Positions 17,321 through 29,300 of a DNA stretch of 64,000 nt are shown in pieces; positions within the stretch are counted from its first letter, which is position 1, and every line of letters starts with the position of its first letter. The DNA comes from Candidatus Omnitrophota bacterium (GTDB taxonomy: Bacteria; Omnitrophota; Gorgyraeia; Zapsychrales; Zapsychraceae). The stretch covers positions 104,536 through 168,535 of the forward strand of contig JADFYJ010000003.1 in assembly GCA_015233115.1 (NCBI GenBank), given 5' to 3'. The position numbers and the translations under genes are program-made. Below the pieces are notes generated by a model. The model worked only from the letters and a program-made list of their open reading frames with translations, did no database searches and had not been told where the DNA came from.

Positions 17321-18571
17321 ATGTCATTGAAAAATGTTGATCCCGAGGTGTTTCAGGCGATCAGTCAAGAACTCGACCGCCAGAAAAATAATTTGGAATT
17401 GATCGCTTCCGAGAATATCGTGTCTGAAGCGGTTTTGGCGGCGCAAGGTTCAGTCTTGACGAACAAATACGCGGAAGGGTATCCGGCGGCGCGCTGGTAT
17501 GGTGGATGTGAATATGTAGATATCGTCGAGCAACTGGCCATTGACCGGGCTAAAGAATTATTTGGCGCGGAGCATGTGAATGTTCAGCCGCATTCTGGTT
17601 CTCAGGCGAACACGGCGGTATATTTAGCCGCTTTAGAATATGGGGATACTGTGCTGGCTATGGATTTAGCTTGCGGCGGTCATTTAACGCATGGGTTAAA
17701 TATTAATTTTTCCGGCAAATCATATAAGTTCATCGGATATAAAGTTAATCATGCTACTGAACAATTGGACTATGATGAGATTGAGGCTTTAGCTAAACAG
17801 CATAAACCTAAGATGATTGTCGCTGGAGCATCGGCTTATTCCCGGACCATTGACTTTAAAAAATTCCGCGCGATTTGTGATTCTGTCGGCGCCATGTTGT
17901 TTGTGGATATGGCTCATATTGCCGGACTGGTCGCGGCGGGTTTACATCCTTCGCCTGTTCCTTACGCGGAATTTGTGACCACGACCACGCATAAGACTTT
18001 ACGCGGTCCGCGCGGCGGCATGATTCTCTGTAAAGAAGCATTCGCAAAAAAAATCAATTCCCGTATTTTTCCAGGGATTCAAGGCGGGCCTTTAATGCAT
18101 GTGATCGCGGCTAAAGCCGTCGCGTTTAAAGAAGCGCTGGAGCCGTCGTTTAAAGTGTATCAAGCCCAGATCATAGCTAACGCTAAAATTTTTGCGCAAG
18201 AATTAGAAAAATTAGGGTATCGTATAGTCGCTGGCGGGACAGATAATCATTTGTTTATGGTTGATCTCCGTCCTAAAAATATTACCGGGAAAGAAGCCGC
18301 GCATGTGCTGGATTTGGTGCGGATTACGGTTAATAAAAATTTGATTCCCTTTGATCCCCAGCCGCCGACAGTAACCAGCGGCATCCGAATAGGAACACCG
18401 GCTGTGACCACCCGCGGCATGAAAGAAAAAGAAATGCTGCAAATCGCGCATCTTATGGATCAAGCGATTATAAATCGTAATGATCAAAAAGTGTTGGCGA
18501 GCGTCAAAACAGAAGTAGAAAAATTAACGAAACAGTTTCCGATTTATGAAAATCTTAAAAGCGGTATGTAG
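17321..18571 (+). CDS. glyA: Serine hydroxymethyltransferase
   Basis: SHMT motifs, PLP region [15 protein letters not shown]; stop TAG sits inside the GTATGTAG repeat. Confidence 0.9.
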   Translation: MSLKNVDPEVFQAISQELDRQKNNLELIASENIVSEAVLAAQGSVLTNKYAEGYPAARWYGGCEYVDIVEQLAIDRAKELFGAEHVNVQPHSGSQANTAVYLAALEYGDTVLAMDLACGGHLTHGLNINFSGKSYKFIGYKVNHATEQLDYDEIEALAKQHKPKMIVAGASAYSRTIDFKKFRAICDSVGAMLFVDMAHIAGLVAAGLHPSPVPYAEFVTTTTHKTLRGPRGGMILCKEAFAKKINSRIFPGIQGGPLMHVIAAKAVAFKEALEPSFKVYQAQIIANAKIFAQELEKLGYRIVAGGTDNHLFMVDLRPKNITGKEAAHVLDLVRITVNKNLIPFDPQPPTVTSGIRIGTPAVTTRGMKEKEMLQIAHLMDQAIINRNDQKVLASVKTEVEKLTKQFPIYENLKSGM

Positions 18572-18668
18572 TATGTGGCATGTCGTATGTAGTGAAAAAT
18601 AAAAAATCAAATAAAACCTTGCTGGTTTATAGTTTTGCTACATACGACATACTACGAACCACATACTT
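18564..18668 (+). repeat. Intergenic inverted-repeat cassette (GTATGTN family), glyA-nrdR
   Basis: L 18564-18593 GTATGTAGTATGTGGCATGTCGTATGTAGTG (contains glyA stop); R 18637-18668 GCTACATACGACATACTACGAACCACATACTT; spacer only ~45 bp. Confidence 0.8.
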
Positions 18669-18683
18669 TACATAATTTAATCT

Positions 18684-19148
18684 ATGAAATGTCCTTCTTG
18701 TCATTACAGCGATACAAAAGTCGTGGACTCCCGTTTAGGCGGAGACGGGAACTCAATCCGACGGAGGCGAGAGTGTTTAAAATGCCAGCATCGTTTTACG
18801 ACTTATGAATATGTGGAACATGTTCCTTTGTTGGTTGTCAAACGGGACGGCCGGCGTCAGCCGTTTGACCGTGAAAAAATTATTTCTGGTTTGATTAAGG
18901 CATGTGAAAAGCGGCCGGTGAGTATTGAAAAAATTGAATCCATCACCAATGAAATTGAGCGGTCGATCCAGAAAAGTTATGATCAGGAAGTAAATTCTAA
19001 AGATATCGGCGAAATGGTCATGGAACAGTTGATGCTGACCGATGAAGTGGCATATGTCCGTTTCGCGTCCGTGTACCGGCAGTTTAGAGACGTGAATCAA
19101 TTTATGAAAGAATTAAAAGGCATGATGGACAAAGGAAAAAATGATTAG
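18684..19148 (+). CDS. nrdR: Transcriptional repressor NrdR
   Basis: Zn-ribbon [17 protein letters not shown]...[12 protein letters not shown] plus ATP-cone. Confidence 0.9.
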   Translation: MKCPSCHYSDTKVVDSRLGGDGNSIRRRRECLKCQHRFTTYEYVEHVPLLVVKRDGRRQPFDREKIISGLIKACEKRPVSIEKIESITNEIERSIQKSYDQEVNSKDIGEMVMEQLMLTDEVAYVRFASVYRQFRDVNQFMKELKGMMDKGKND

Positions 19149-19551
19149 GGTTGAGCTAAGTAAAATTATTATTGATGAAAAAAGACAGGATCAGGTGATC
19201 GTTTTGAAAGAAAAAGACGGCGATCGTCAGTTTCCGATCATCATTGGGTTGATGGAGGCGTCTAGTATTAAGATGGAGCTCGCTAAAGTTAAGTCGCCCC
19301 GTCCTTTGGCTCATGATCTATTATACAGTGTGACAGTCGCGTTAGACGCTAAAGTTGAGTCATTAGCTATTGATAAAATGGTGAAAGGTACGTTTTACGC
19401 CAAATTAATCTTGATCGCTAAAGATGGTACCCGTAAAGTTATTGATTGCCGACCGTCGGACGGAATTGCTCTCGCGGGCCGTGCCAGCGCGCCGATTTTT
19501 GTTTCCGAAGAAGTCATGAAAAACGCGGATATTTATAGAATAGAAGAGTAA
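19141..19551 (+). CDS. Bifunctional nuclease (BFN, DUF151) family protein
   Basis: 136 aa, DUF151-like core [18 protein letters not shown]...HDLL. Confidence 0.55.
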   Translation: MIRVELSKIIIDEKRQDQVIVLKEKDGDRQFPIIIGLMEASSIKMELAKVKSPRPLAHDLLYSVTVALDAKVESLAIDKMVKGTFYAKLILIAKDGTRKVIDCRPSDGIALAGRASAPIFVSEEVMKNADIYRIEE

Positions 19552-19558
19552 TAAAACA

Positions 19559-19748
19559 GTATGTCGTATGTGGTATGTAGAATGTAGTAAAGAAAAGGCG
19601 AATGGTAAAAAACAAAAAATAAGTAAATTGGAGAGAATGGCTTCTGACTTGCCTAAATCTAAAACATTTCGTTTTACTGACGTCTGCTTTTCGAGTCTTT
19701 ATTAATTATTTCTCAACCACATGCGACATGCAACATACTACATACGAT
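19559..19748 (+). repeat. Intergenic inverted-repeat cassette (GTATGTN family), BFN gene-cca
   Basis: L 19559-19587 + AAAGAAAAGGCGAATGG; R 19717-19748 CCACATGCGACATGCAACATACTACATACGAT. Confidence 0.75.
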
Positions 19749-19764
19749 TAAATTAGGACAACAA

Positions 19765-21195
19765 ATGTCTCGTCTTACCGATTTCCCATATTTAGTTTCT
19801 CTTCGAGAATTATCCATCCAAAAAGGCTGTAAAATTTATTTAGTCGGCGGTTTTGTTCGCGACTTATTTCTAAATCGGTTCAATAATGATTTTGACTTTG
19901 CCGTTGAGAAGAATGCTCTTAAGCTAGCTGAAGCGTTTGCCCAAAAAATTAAAGGGGCATACGTGTTGCTTGACGCAGAAAATGTGTGCGGCCGGGTGGT
20001 TAAAAAACAAAAAGGGCAGATTTATACTTTTGACTTCGCGCAGTTTCGCGCGCCTACGCTCAAACAAGATATCAGCCACCGGGATTTCGCGATCAATACG
20101 CTTTTGATCAACCTGAATGAGTCTGATTTAGAAAAAAATTTTAAAGACTCAGTTGAAGATTATAAAAAAGGGCGAGATGACCTGAAAGCAAAAAAAATCC
20201 GGATGGTTTCTTCCAAAGTTTTCCAGGAAGATCCTTTGCGGATCATGCGGGCTTACAGCATTCGGGCCGTTTTAAATTTCAAAATTGATCCGCAAACTTT
20301 AAAACAAATTCAAAAAGATCTTAAGCTTCTGCACAGCGTTTCCGCGGAACGTATCCGGGAAGAATTATTCAAAATTCTGGAATCTCCCCGGTCCGCTATC
20401 GTGTTGAAGGAAATGGACCGCATGGGATTGTTGAGAGAAGTGATCCCGCAAATACAGGTCATGAGCGGCTGCCGGCAGGGTGGATATCATCATTTGGATG
20501 TTTGGAAGCATTCTCTGGAAACTCTTCGCCAATATGAAAAAAATCTAAACAATTTTGCTGGTTTTCCGCTGGAAATATATTTGAAAGAATCAGTCAGCGG
20601 GATACATACTAAAAATGGCTTGATCAAGCTGGCATGTTTGTTGCATGATATTGGAAAACCGGATACGCGAAAAAAAGAGGGTGACAGATTTGTGTTTCAT
20701 GGACATGAACATGTTGGCAAAGGCATTAGCCGGCATGTGGCAAAAATGTTAAAATTATCGACGGAAGAACGGCATTGGCTGGAAGATTTAGTCCTGTTGC
20801 ATTTGCGTCCTGGATATTTAGCGAATTTTAAAGTTCCCAGTTCTAGAGCGGTATTTCGTTTTATGCGGGACGCGGGTGAAAAAGCTCCGGCAGTAGCGGT
20901 TCTGGCTATGGCAGATCAATTAGCGACCGGCGGACCCATGACTACGAAAGAAGCCACAGAGCATCACGCCCAGATCTGCCGGCGTTTGATCAACGGATAC
21001 TTTAAAAAATTGTCTGAAAAGCCGGTGGTGAAATTAGTTAACGGGAATGATGTCATGAAAGCCTTGAAAATTAAGCCTTCGCCGTTAGTCGGGAAAATTT
21101 TGCGGGAAATTGACGAGGCGCAGGCATTGGGAAAAATTACAGATAAAAAAATGGCCTTGGAATTAGCCGTGAAAATATTAAACAAAACTTCTTGA
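19765..21195 (+). CDS. cca: CCA-adding tRNA nucleotidyltransferase with HD domain
   Basis: PolyA-polymerase head motif IYLVGGFVRDLFL...NDFDFAV; HD region HLLHDIGK. Confidence 0.75.
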   Translation: MSRLTDFPYLVSLRELSIQKGCKIYLVGGFVRDLFLNRFNNDFDFAVEKNALKLAEAFAQKIKGAYVLLDAENVCGRVVKKQKGQIYTFDFAQFRAPTLKQDISHRDFAINTLLINLNESDLEKNFKDSVEDYKKGRDDLKAKKIRMVSSKVFQEDPLRIMRAYSIRAVLNFKIDPQTLKQIQKDLKLLHSVSAERIREELFKILESPRSAIVLKEMDRMGLLREVIPQIQVMSGCRQGGYHHLDVWKHSLETLRQYEKNLNNFAGFPLEIYLKESVSGIHTKNGLIKLACLLHDIGKPDTRKKEGDRFVFHGHEHVGKGISRHVAKMLKLSTEERHWLEDLVLLHLRPGYLANFKVPSSRAVFRFMRDAGEKAPAVAVLAMADQLATGGPMTTKEATEHHAQICRRLINGYFKKLSEKPVVKLVNGNDVMKALKIKPSPLVGKILREIDEAQALGKITDKKMALELAVKILNKTS

Positions 21196-21210
21196 AATGA
21201 ATTGTCAAAC

Positions 21211-21370
21211 TGCGCGCGGGCTGGGACGGTTTGCATTCAAACCAAATCCCTCGCTCAAACAACCTTGGCGAAGCGAGAGCATGACGAAGCTGGGATCACG
21301 ACCGAACCGCCAAGGAAACTCGCTCTGGGATTCGGTTTAAACGCAAACCTATTTATTGGGCACGCGATTT
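21211..21370 (+). repeat. Structured palindromic element, copy D (long-apex variant)
   Basis: Arms GGTTTGCATTCAAACCAAATCC / GGATTCGGTTTAAACGCAAACC; apex CCTTGGCG...GCCAAGG with 40-nt insertion; between cca and macro-nudix gene. Confidence 0.8.
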
Positions 21371-21410
21371 TTTAATTTTTTGTGTTTTGAATTGAAGAGG
21401 ATTAAGGGAT

Positions 21411-22199
21411 ATGAAAATAAAAAATTGCGAACTTGAAATCATTAAAGGGGATATCACGAAATTGTTGGTTGACGTGATCGTTAATCCGGCGGCAATGGGG
21501 ATGGATTGTAATCCCGATGAGCATAAGATTCGCTTGGCTTGCGCGAGCGCATTAACTTCGGCAGATCAATTGAAAGTTTCAACGATTGCCTTTCCCGCTC
21601 TCGGCTGCGGTGAAGGTGGCTTTCCTTTGATTGGCGCGGCTAAAATCATGGCTCAGGAGGTATTGAAATTTTTGAAGTTAAATCAGAAAACTTCACTTAC
21701 TAAAATTCAATTTTGTCTGTATGATGAAGAGGCATATAAAATATTTTTTAACACAGTCACAGGCTATGTGACACATTTTCAGGATACGTTAGGCGATGGG
21801 CCGTATGTGACGACAGATATTATTATTGAGATGGACGGCGGGATTGTTTTGATTGAGCGTTCTAATCCACCGTTTGGTTTCGCGCTGCCTGGCGGTTTTG
21901 TGGATTATGGTGAAGAATTGGAAACGGCAGCTCGGCGGGAAGCAAAAGAAGAAACGAATTTAGATCTGGAAGACTTGCGTCAATTTCATGTGTACTCAGC
22001 GCCGGAACGCGATCCGAGATTCCACACTGTCACTTTAGTTTTTTCCGCGAAAGGCCTTGGTCAGCTTCGAGCGGGTGATGACGCGGCGGCTGCAAAGATA
22101 GTAAAATTTGCGGATCTAATGAAATACGAATACGCGTTCGACCATAAAAAGGTGATTAAAGATTATTTGAATTATAGGCAAAGAGGCGACAAATTATAG
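21411..22199 (+). CDS. Macro-domain / NUDIX hydrolase fusion protein
   Basis: N-terminal macro-like LLVDVIVNPAAMGMD...ALGCGEGGFP; C-terminal Nudix box GGFVDYGEELETAARREAKEETNL. Confidence 0.55.
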   Translation: MKIKNCELEIIKGDITKLLVDVIVNPAAMGMDCNPDEHKIRLACASALTSADQLKVSTIAFPALGCGEGGFPLIGAAKIMAQEVLKFLKLNQKTSLTKIQFCLYDEEAYKIFFNTVTGYVTHFQDTLGDGPYVTTDIIIEMDGGIVLIERSNPPFGFALPGGFVDYGEELETAARREAKEETNLDLEDLRQFHVYSAPERDPRFHTVTLVFSAKGLGQLRAGDDAAAAKIVKFADLMKYEYAFDHKKVIKDYLNYRQRGDKL

Positions 22200-22261
22200 G
22201 TTATAGTTGATGTCATTCCCGCGGAGGCGGGAATCCAGTTTAAAATATTATGAAGAATATT

Positions 22262-22291
22262 TATGGATCCCCGATAAAGGCTCTCGGGGAT
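22262..22291 (+). repeat. GGATCCCCGA hairpin repeat, copy 1
   Basis: GGATCCCCGATAAAGGCTCTCGGGGATGAC; second copy at 37613-37642; adjacent separate hairpin TTCCCGC-GGA-GCGGGAA at ~22213-22234. Confidence 0.55.
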
Positions 22292-22345
22292 GACAATTTT
22301 TATTTTTTGACATACTACGGGCCACATATTTGTAGAAACAAATTT

Positions 22346-23233
22346 ATGAATAAAACCACCAATAACGAAAAACAACAGGCTGCCGGGAGTTCCGTCATTG
22401 CGGCGTTCGGGTTGACTGCTTTTAAAATTATAGTCGGCTTTATGACCGGAAGTTTAGGGATTATTGCCGAAGCCGCGCATTCGGGGTTAGATTTGGTGTC
22501 AGCGGTGATTACAGCTTTCGCCGTAAAAAAATCTGCTGAACCGGCAGATCGGGAACATCCTTATGGTCATGGAAAATTTGAAAATCTCTCCGCGTTCACG
22601 GAAACCATTTTACTGTTGTTTACGGCCGGATGGATTATTATCACGGCCATGAAACATATTCTTACGGGGAAAGTTGAAATAGAGGTCACGATATGGTCTT
22701 TTTTAGTTATGATCACGTCGATTATAGTTGACGTTAACCGTTCCCGCATGCTTTATCGGGTAGCAAAAAAATATAACAGCCAGGCGTTAGAAGCAGATGC
22801 CCTGCATTTTAGTACGGACATTTGGAGCTCGGCAGTGGTTATTTTTGGTTTGTTTTGTGTGTTATTGAGTCAATGGATTAAAGGATGTGAGTTTTTGTAT
22901 TATGCGGATTCTGTGGCCGCGATCATTATCGGGCTTATTGTCATTCGGATCAGTATGAAATTAGGAAAACAAACCATTGATTCTTTATTGGATGCCGCGC
23001 CCAAAGGGCTGGATATCAAGATTAAATCCGTCGTAGAAGTTTTGCCATACGTTAAAAATTGTCATCATATCCGCATCCGTTCTCTTGGGCATCAGTATTT
23101 TATAGATTTGCATGTGGTTATGGATGGAAGTATTACTTTGCGTGAAGCCCACTCGTTAACAGAAGGGATTGAGCTGGCCATCCAGGCAATAATCCCTCAA
23201 GCCGATGTTACGGTTCATCCTGAACCAAAATAA
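22346..23233 (+). CDS. Cation diffusion facilitator family transporter
   Basis: CDF motifs AAHSGLDLVS, HPYGHGKFE, six TM; start 22346 preferred over in-frame 22250 because 22250-22345 is hairpin-rich. Confidence 0.75.
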   Translation: MNKTTNNEKQQAAGSSVIAAFGLTAFKIIVGFMTGSLGIIAEAAHSGLDLVSAVITAFAVKKSAEPADREHPYGHGKFENLSAFTETILLLFTAGWIIITAMKHILTGKVEIEVTIWSFLVMITSIIVDVNRSRMLYRVAKKYNSQALEADALHFSTDIWSSAVVIFGLFCVLLSQWIKGCEFLYYADSVAAIIIGLIVIRISMKLGKQTIDSLLDAAPKGLDIKIKSVVEVLPYVKNCHHIRIRSLGHQYFIDLHVVMDGSITLREAHSLTEGIELAIQAIIPQADVTVHPEPK

Positions 23234-23356
23234 AATAGCCTCTTCGATTGGCAAAGCCGCCTATATATATGGCATACTTGTCATACTTCTTAAAAAAGTA
23301 AAAAGTAAAAATTCAAAGTAAAAGTAAAGCAAATCAGAAATAACATAAACAAAGTT

Positions 23357-26300
23357 ATGTTTAAGAAAAGTATTGTCTATTTTTTAATTTGTATATTTGT
23401 ATTACAAAATATTGTGATACCGGTGAGGGCTCATGCCCAGGTTTCGTCTGTGTCTGCGAGTGCAAATGTCCCGTTTGTCCCCCCATTGTTAAGCGGCATC
23501 ATAGTTGATTCGCAGAAACCATTTAAGTTCGATTTCCTGCTTGATACAGGCAATCGAAAATTAAATCAAGAAGAAATGAAGAGCATATCAAATCAACTTA
23601 TTAAATATTTTCTCGCCGCCTTAACCATTCCTGAAAATAAATTATGGGTCAATTTATCGCCGGCCGAACCAAAAAGAATCGTTGACACTCAATTAGGCCA
23701 GACCGCCATGGGCCAGGAAATGCTCGCAGAAGATTTTCTTTTGAAAAAATTAACTGCGTCAGTCCTGTCCCCAGAGAATGAGGCAGGAAGAAAGTTTTGG
23801 GATGCTGTTTATGAAAAAATATATGAAAATAGAAGAGAGAAAACAGAAGAAAGACAAGCCACAAAAAATAAAGCAACACCATCAATCGTTTCTAATCTAT
23901 CAGCTCTCGTCTATCCTCTATCGTCTGATAATTTTGATATTCCCGTCGACATTCTCTCCCGCGTCTGGATCGTTCCATCCGAAGCAGAAATATATCAAAA
24001 TGGCAATAAGGCCTATGTCGTTAAAGCAAGATTGAAGGTTATGACGGAGAGGGATTATTTAAGGACACAAAGGGACGAAAAAAATAAATTGATTCAAGAA
24101 AATATCATTCCTGTCCTCGAAAAAGAAGTCAACGAAGGCGAGCAATTCGCGCCTTTGCGTCAAATTTATTACTCTTACATTCTGGCCATGTGGTACAAAA
24201 AAACTTTGCATAACAGCATTGTAGCTAATTACGCGGATAAACAAAAAATTTCAGGAATAGAGAATGGCTCTCCTGCTAACATTCAAAAAATCTACGATCA
24301 ATATTTAACCGCTTTCCGCAAAGGCACCCAAGGCATTATAAAAGAGGAGTACGACCTCAATTCCCAGCAAATCGTCCCGCGGAAATATCTGACCGGTGGG
24401 GTCATATTACAAGGTAAATACAAAGTTAATCCAGACGGTGCCATGTTGCTTAAACCGTATGGTCAAATTTTTCAGGTTGCGGGAAATTTTGAGAATTCTA
24501 ATCTGACTGATCACGCGATGATTAATAATCTTACCGCGACGAACGATGTTCCCGCTATGTCATTGGATTATTGGAAATTGAAGCAAATGGGATTAAGACA
24601 AATTGGCGGCGGTGAGCAGACCCAAGTTGAATCAATGGAGGGCTGGCCCTTTGTGGTGAAATCTTTCTGGCCTTATTTGACGGATCGAGAAAAAAACGTT
24701 GCGATTTATGGTTATGATGTCACAGGGAAATCTGCTGGAGGATTAGTGGCTGAATTCGTTTATGTTAAAAATTATTTGAATGAGGTAGAAAAAATTATCA
24801 TGCGAAAAGCGGAAAGGACTGTTGATGGTGAACTGACTCGTTTAATAAAAGAAAAACATATAAAAGAATCCAAAAAAATATTGGATGAATATTTTGATTT
24901 GTTAAGCAATTTAATAAGACGAGGGCTTTTTCCTTGGGACGCAGGGTTCCAACATATAGGTATAATTGAGGGAAAACAAGTGGTAATTGATCCTGGGGTA
25001 TTTGTAAAAATTAATGATCCCCTGCGGTGGAATAGTCTGGCATTGCAGCTTGAGTCAAGAAAAGAAACATTGGAAGATCAATTTCATAGTCCTGAACTGG
25101 CAGATTATTTTCAAACCTTGATTGATGCGAAGGGGTTTACTTTAAATAAAATTGCAGAATCAGTTGGAAAAATATATGGGTTAGACTCCCCGCAAAGCAT
25201 GCCGGATATCAGTCAGGACATAGCAGAATCGATAACGGCAGCAGATTTGGAAAATGACCGGGCGATGATGGTCAAAAAATCTGTTGAAGCGGCATCCGCT
25301 GCCCAGGGCCGTTCTATTCAGGAAATACCACTTATATCGCAAGTCCAGAAGCGTAAGCCGATTCCAGATGACGTTAAAATTTTTGTGTTTGACTGGGATG
25401 ACACCATCTCGAAAGCTGTCTCTGAAGCTGCCTCTTACATTCAAGCGCCGGTTTTAGCTATGCTGATGACAGGAAAAGAAAATTCCGCGGATTTGACCGC
25501 TGAAGAAATCGAACATGGCCGGCAATTTTTTATGAATACTTTAGGCCGCACGGATGAGCAGCGTTATCAAGACGCCATAGCTTTTTCGAGCGGCAAGTCG
25601 GAACATTTTCAAATTAAAGAGCTTTTAAAACAATATTATAAAAATCAAGCAGACTTTATTGCTTCGCATTTGGCAGATTGGCGTCGGGAAATGAACAAGC
25701 ATTTGGTTCCTGGCGTATTGGACTTCATTTTAACTTTACGAGAATATGGTTATAAAATGTATATTTTATCCGCAAACGCTTATTTGAACGAACTCAAAGT
25801 CGTTGATGCTTTGGGTATGGGTAGTTATTTTTTTGAACTCAAAAATGTTACTAACGCGGGTGAGAATAATGCGGATTTTTCTAAAGGTGCAGAGCTGGAA
25901 AAATTGGCGCTGCGTGAGGAAGTGCGGCCGGACCAAATTGTGATGATTGGCGATGGTTCAAGTGATATGCGGGGCGCGCGGGAAGCCGGAACAATCTCCT
26001 TAGCTGTGGCGGAAGAATTCAATAAACAACTATCCATGGCAGAAAAATTTGATCCCCATATCATAATTCCGGATTTTCGTGATGTAGGCACATTAGTAAA
26101 AATTTTACAGCTGAAAGCCCAACAACCTCTGGTGGCTGGGGATGAAAAAATAATTTCTTCTTCTGTGGTACTGCCGGAAACAAGAGAGTTGTTTCATTGG
26201 CTAAATATTTCTATGGAAAGGACAGACGTTTCCCTGCCTTATCAATTGGTGTTGAGGCCATTTTTTCTTAATAAAAGAAAAACAGATTTTGAAGATGTCA

Positions 26301-29300
26301 TGGCGCCTAAACCAGCAGGGGTTAAAGAAAGATATCTTGCGGCATTGCCAGTCCCGGTACCGCAGCGAATTTCAATAGAAAAATTTTCGACACAAATCAA
26401 AGATCCCCAAACCGCAAAAACTGGTATTGAATTGGTTTTACGCCGGGTAAGACAGTTAATCAACGCTGGCCAATGGATTGGCCCGTTTGGCGGTTATGCG
26501 AAAATTAAAGAATATGCGGTAAATGTTATTAATGATTCCGCAATGATAGGTGATAATTCAAAGGCCCGGTCATATCTTAAAGCGGCAAGAGGACGGGTTT
26601 TGGAATATGATCCGTTTTTGGCGGCATTGATTATCGGTCATGGTGGACCATTGGATTTTGAACGCGATTTGTCAAAGTATTTTAAGTCATTTATAAAAAT
26701 CAAAGATCATTATAATTTACAGTCTTTTAACTTTGGTGAAGAAGTAGCTATAAAAGAATTTGATCGCTACCAGACTATGTCTATTGATGAATTGGGGAGT
26801 GTCGTGAGCGCATCTTTGGGTGCTATAACGCGGTTACAGAATGTTTTAGAATCGGAAGCAAAAAATTTGTCATTGAAAACTTTGAATAAAAACCTTAATG
26901 ATGATGCTGTAAGAAGGGAAAGATATTTCAAAGAATTACAACGGCGCTATACTTCTTTGTTTGCTAATAAAAATTTTTATGAGGATAATAAAGCCGAGAT
27001 TGCGGACTATATAAAACAATATTACGTTAATACAACGATTATGATGCGGGCTTTCTGGTCTAAAATAGAAGCAAAGGGTTGGTTAAATGATGATGACCCG
27101 GAAGTTAAAGAAGCCTGGCGTGACATCAAAGGTTTCTTTGATAAATGGATTCCAAATTTCGAACATTTGGCTATGTTTCTTGACGAAAATTTTGTCAACA
27201 CCTGGAAAAAAGAGGGCGTGACTATTGATAACTTAAATAATTGGTTAGATCCCAAAGATCAAATTTGGGATTCCAAAGGGAATAAATATCAGGTAACTTT
27301 TCATGGAACGCAGAATAAGCTAGAGGCGTTTTGGCCGGACAAATTAGTCCATTTAGCGATCGAACGGTTGATTTCAAATGGATATCATGCCATTGAAAAA
27401 AATGCCGCGGAATTAGATGATCAACTTGAGCATGTTGATTTATATTTAGAACAAAATGAGGAATTGGCACAAAAAGGACAAGTAAAGATTAGTATTGAAA
27501 ATCCCGGACGCATTTCCTATAAAGTTGTCACCAAAGATCAGATTAGTCCGATTATGGATTGGGAGCTGTTTTGTAAATATGTAATTATGAGCGGGTGGGG
27601 ATGGCAAATTAATGAAAATGAAGTGCGTTTAGGGCAATGGGATCAAGAACATTTGAAAGCATATTTTGAAAGTAAGGCTGAACAGCTTTTGCCTATTTTG
27701 GAACATGCCCAAGAACGAAGCGGGTTAGAACTTGATCCTGAAAAGGGTTTGCCGCAGATTTTGTTGTTAGATCACACCAGATTTAATTATTCCCATGGTA
27801 TAGGTTTGCCGTTCGCGGTGCGGGTATTTCAACGCATGGGGGGAAAGGTGGAGATAAAAAATACCGAACACGGAAAAATTCCTTACACCCGTTTTGAAAT
27901 TACCCTGCCTTTATCGCCGGAAAATGTTTTTAATGATCATGCCATGATGGGTAGAGGGCATGATGCGTCATTGGAAGAGATGTATCGTCCAACTCTATGG
28001 TCGGAAAAAGAAAGTCAGTTAATCGGCGCGGAAATCGCGGAAGAAACAGGCTGGGTTGAAAGCACCCCTAAAAACGTCTTTATCCCTCCGGATCTAAAAA
28101 AGCAATTTTCATGGATGGGTGACAATCCTATTACGGTTTATTCGTCTGCTTTCGCGCGTAACATTAAATGCATGGTAAAAATCGGGTATTTATTTTTTAT
28201 GGCTGAGGCGGATTATGACGATTTACCTGCTGACATCCAAACTCAGATTAAACACAATGTCATTTGGACTCAAGAATATTTGCCTAAAACATTATTAGAT
28301 CATCCGCAAGCGTGGGCGACGATTTTAAGTATGATGATGGCTGACTTATCAGCATTTCATACTATCGTTGAAGATCAAGGGGAAGGAATATTATCCGCCG
28401 TAGCCTTGAAATTGGGCGTAGCCAAAGCGTTAATTGTGTCCTCACAGGGTGACCAAAAGGCGACAATTAATAAAAATTTGTACGTCAATGGAATAAACGA
28501 AGAACAGGTTGAAATAGCGGCCGGAACAATGGCGCGGCCTGAATTTTTAGGGGAATATTTAGATGATAGTTTAGGAAAAGTCATTGTTGTATCCAATGGT
28601 GAGGCGCATGGCTCAGAAAAAAGGCAGCAAATTTTTAATTTTATTGAACGGTTTAAGGATGATTTAAATACTAAAGCCGTTATTTTGGGAAGCTATGCTG
28701 TTGATGATGAAGGTGCTCAAGCCATGCGTTTTGATCTGAATTTTGCTTTAAGAAAGGGGCTGGTTACAGACAATATTTTTTTCAAAAGTCCGCTGGTGCA
28801 GGTTGATAATATGGCCGCTCTTTTTATTCCAGTTCATACGTTAGAAATGCCGGCTGGTCTAGAGTCGAAAAATTTTCCCTATGAACAAGATAAAGCCATG
28901 ATTTCAGACGGGCAAACGTTGAGTCAAATAAGCGCTTCTTTGGATAAATTAAATTATGTTTATCAGGCCATGATCCAGCGCAAGGCAGATATGTCTAGAG
29001 TAAAAGCGGCGGATATTCTGGCTGAGGACATATTGCGGCATGATATTCATAAGGTCGTAGTCGTGGGGACGGGATTGACTTATTTACCGGTTTTGTTATC
29101 TTTATCCGGGTTGGAGGTTATTTTTATTGATAATGACGAGGCAAAGAAAGAAGCCATAGATATTTATGTTCATTACTGGGCAGAACAATTTCATGTTAAC
29201 GTAAATTACCGATCTTACAAAGTGGCATTTGGTAGTTCTGAAGCTGCGGCAGCCTTGAAAGAGGATTTAAATAGATTTGATTTGGTTACTATGGTTGATT

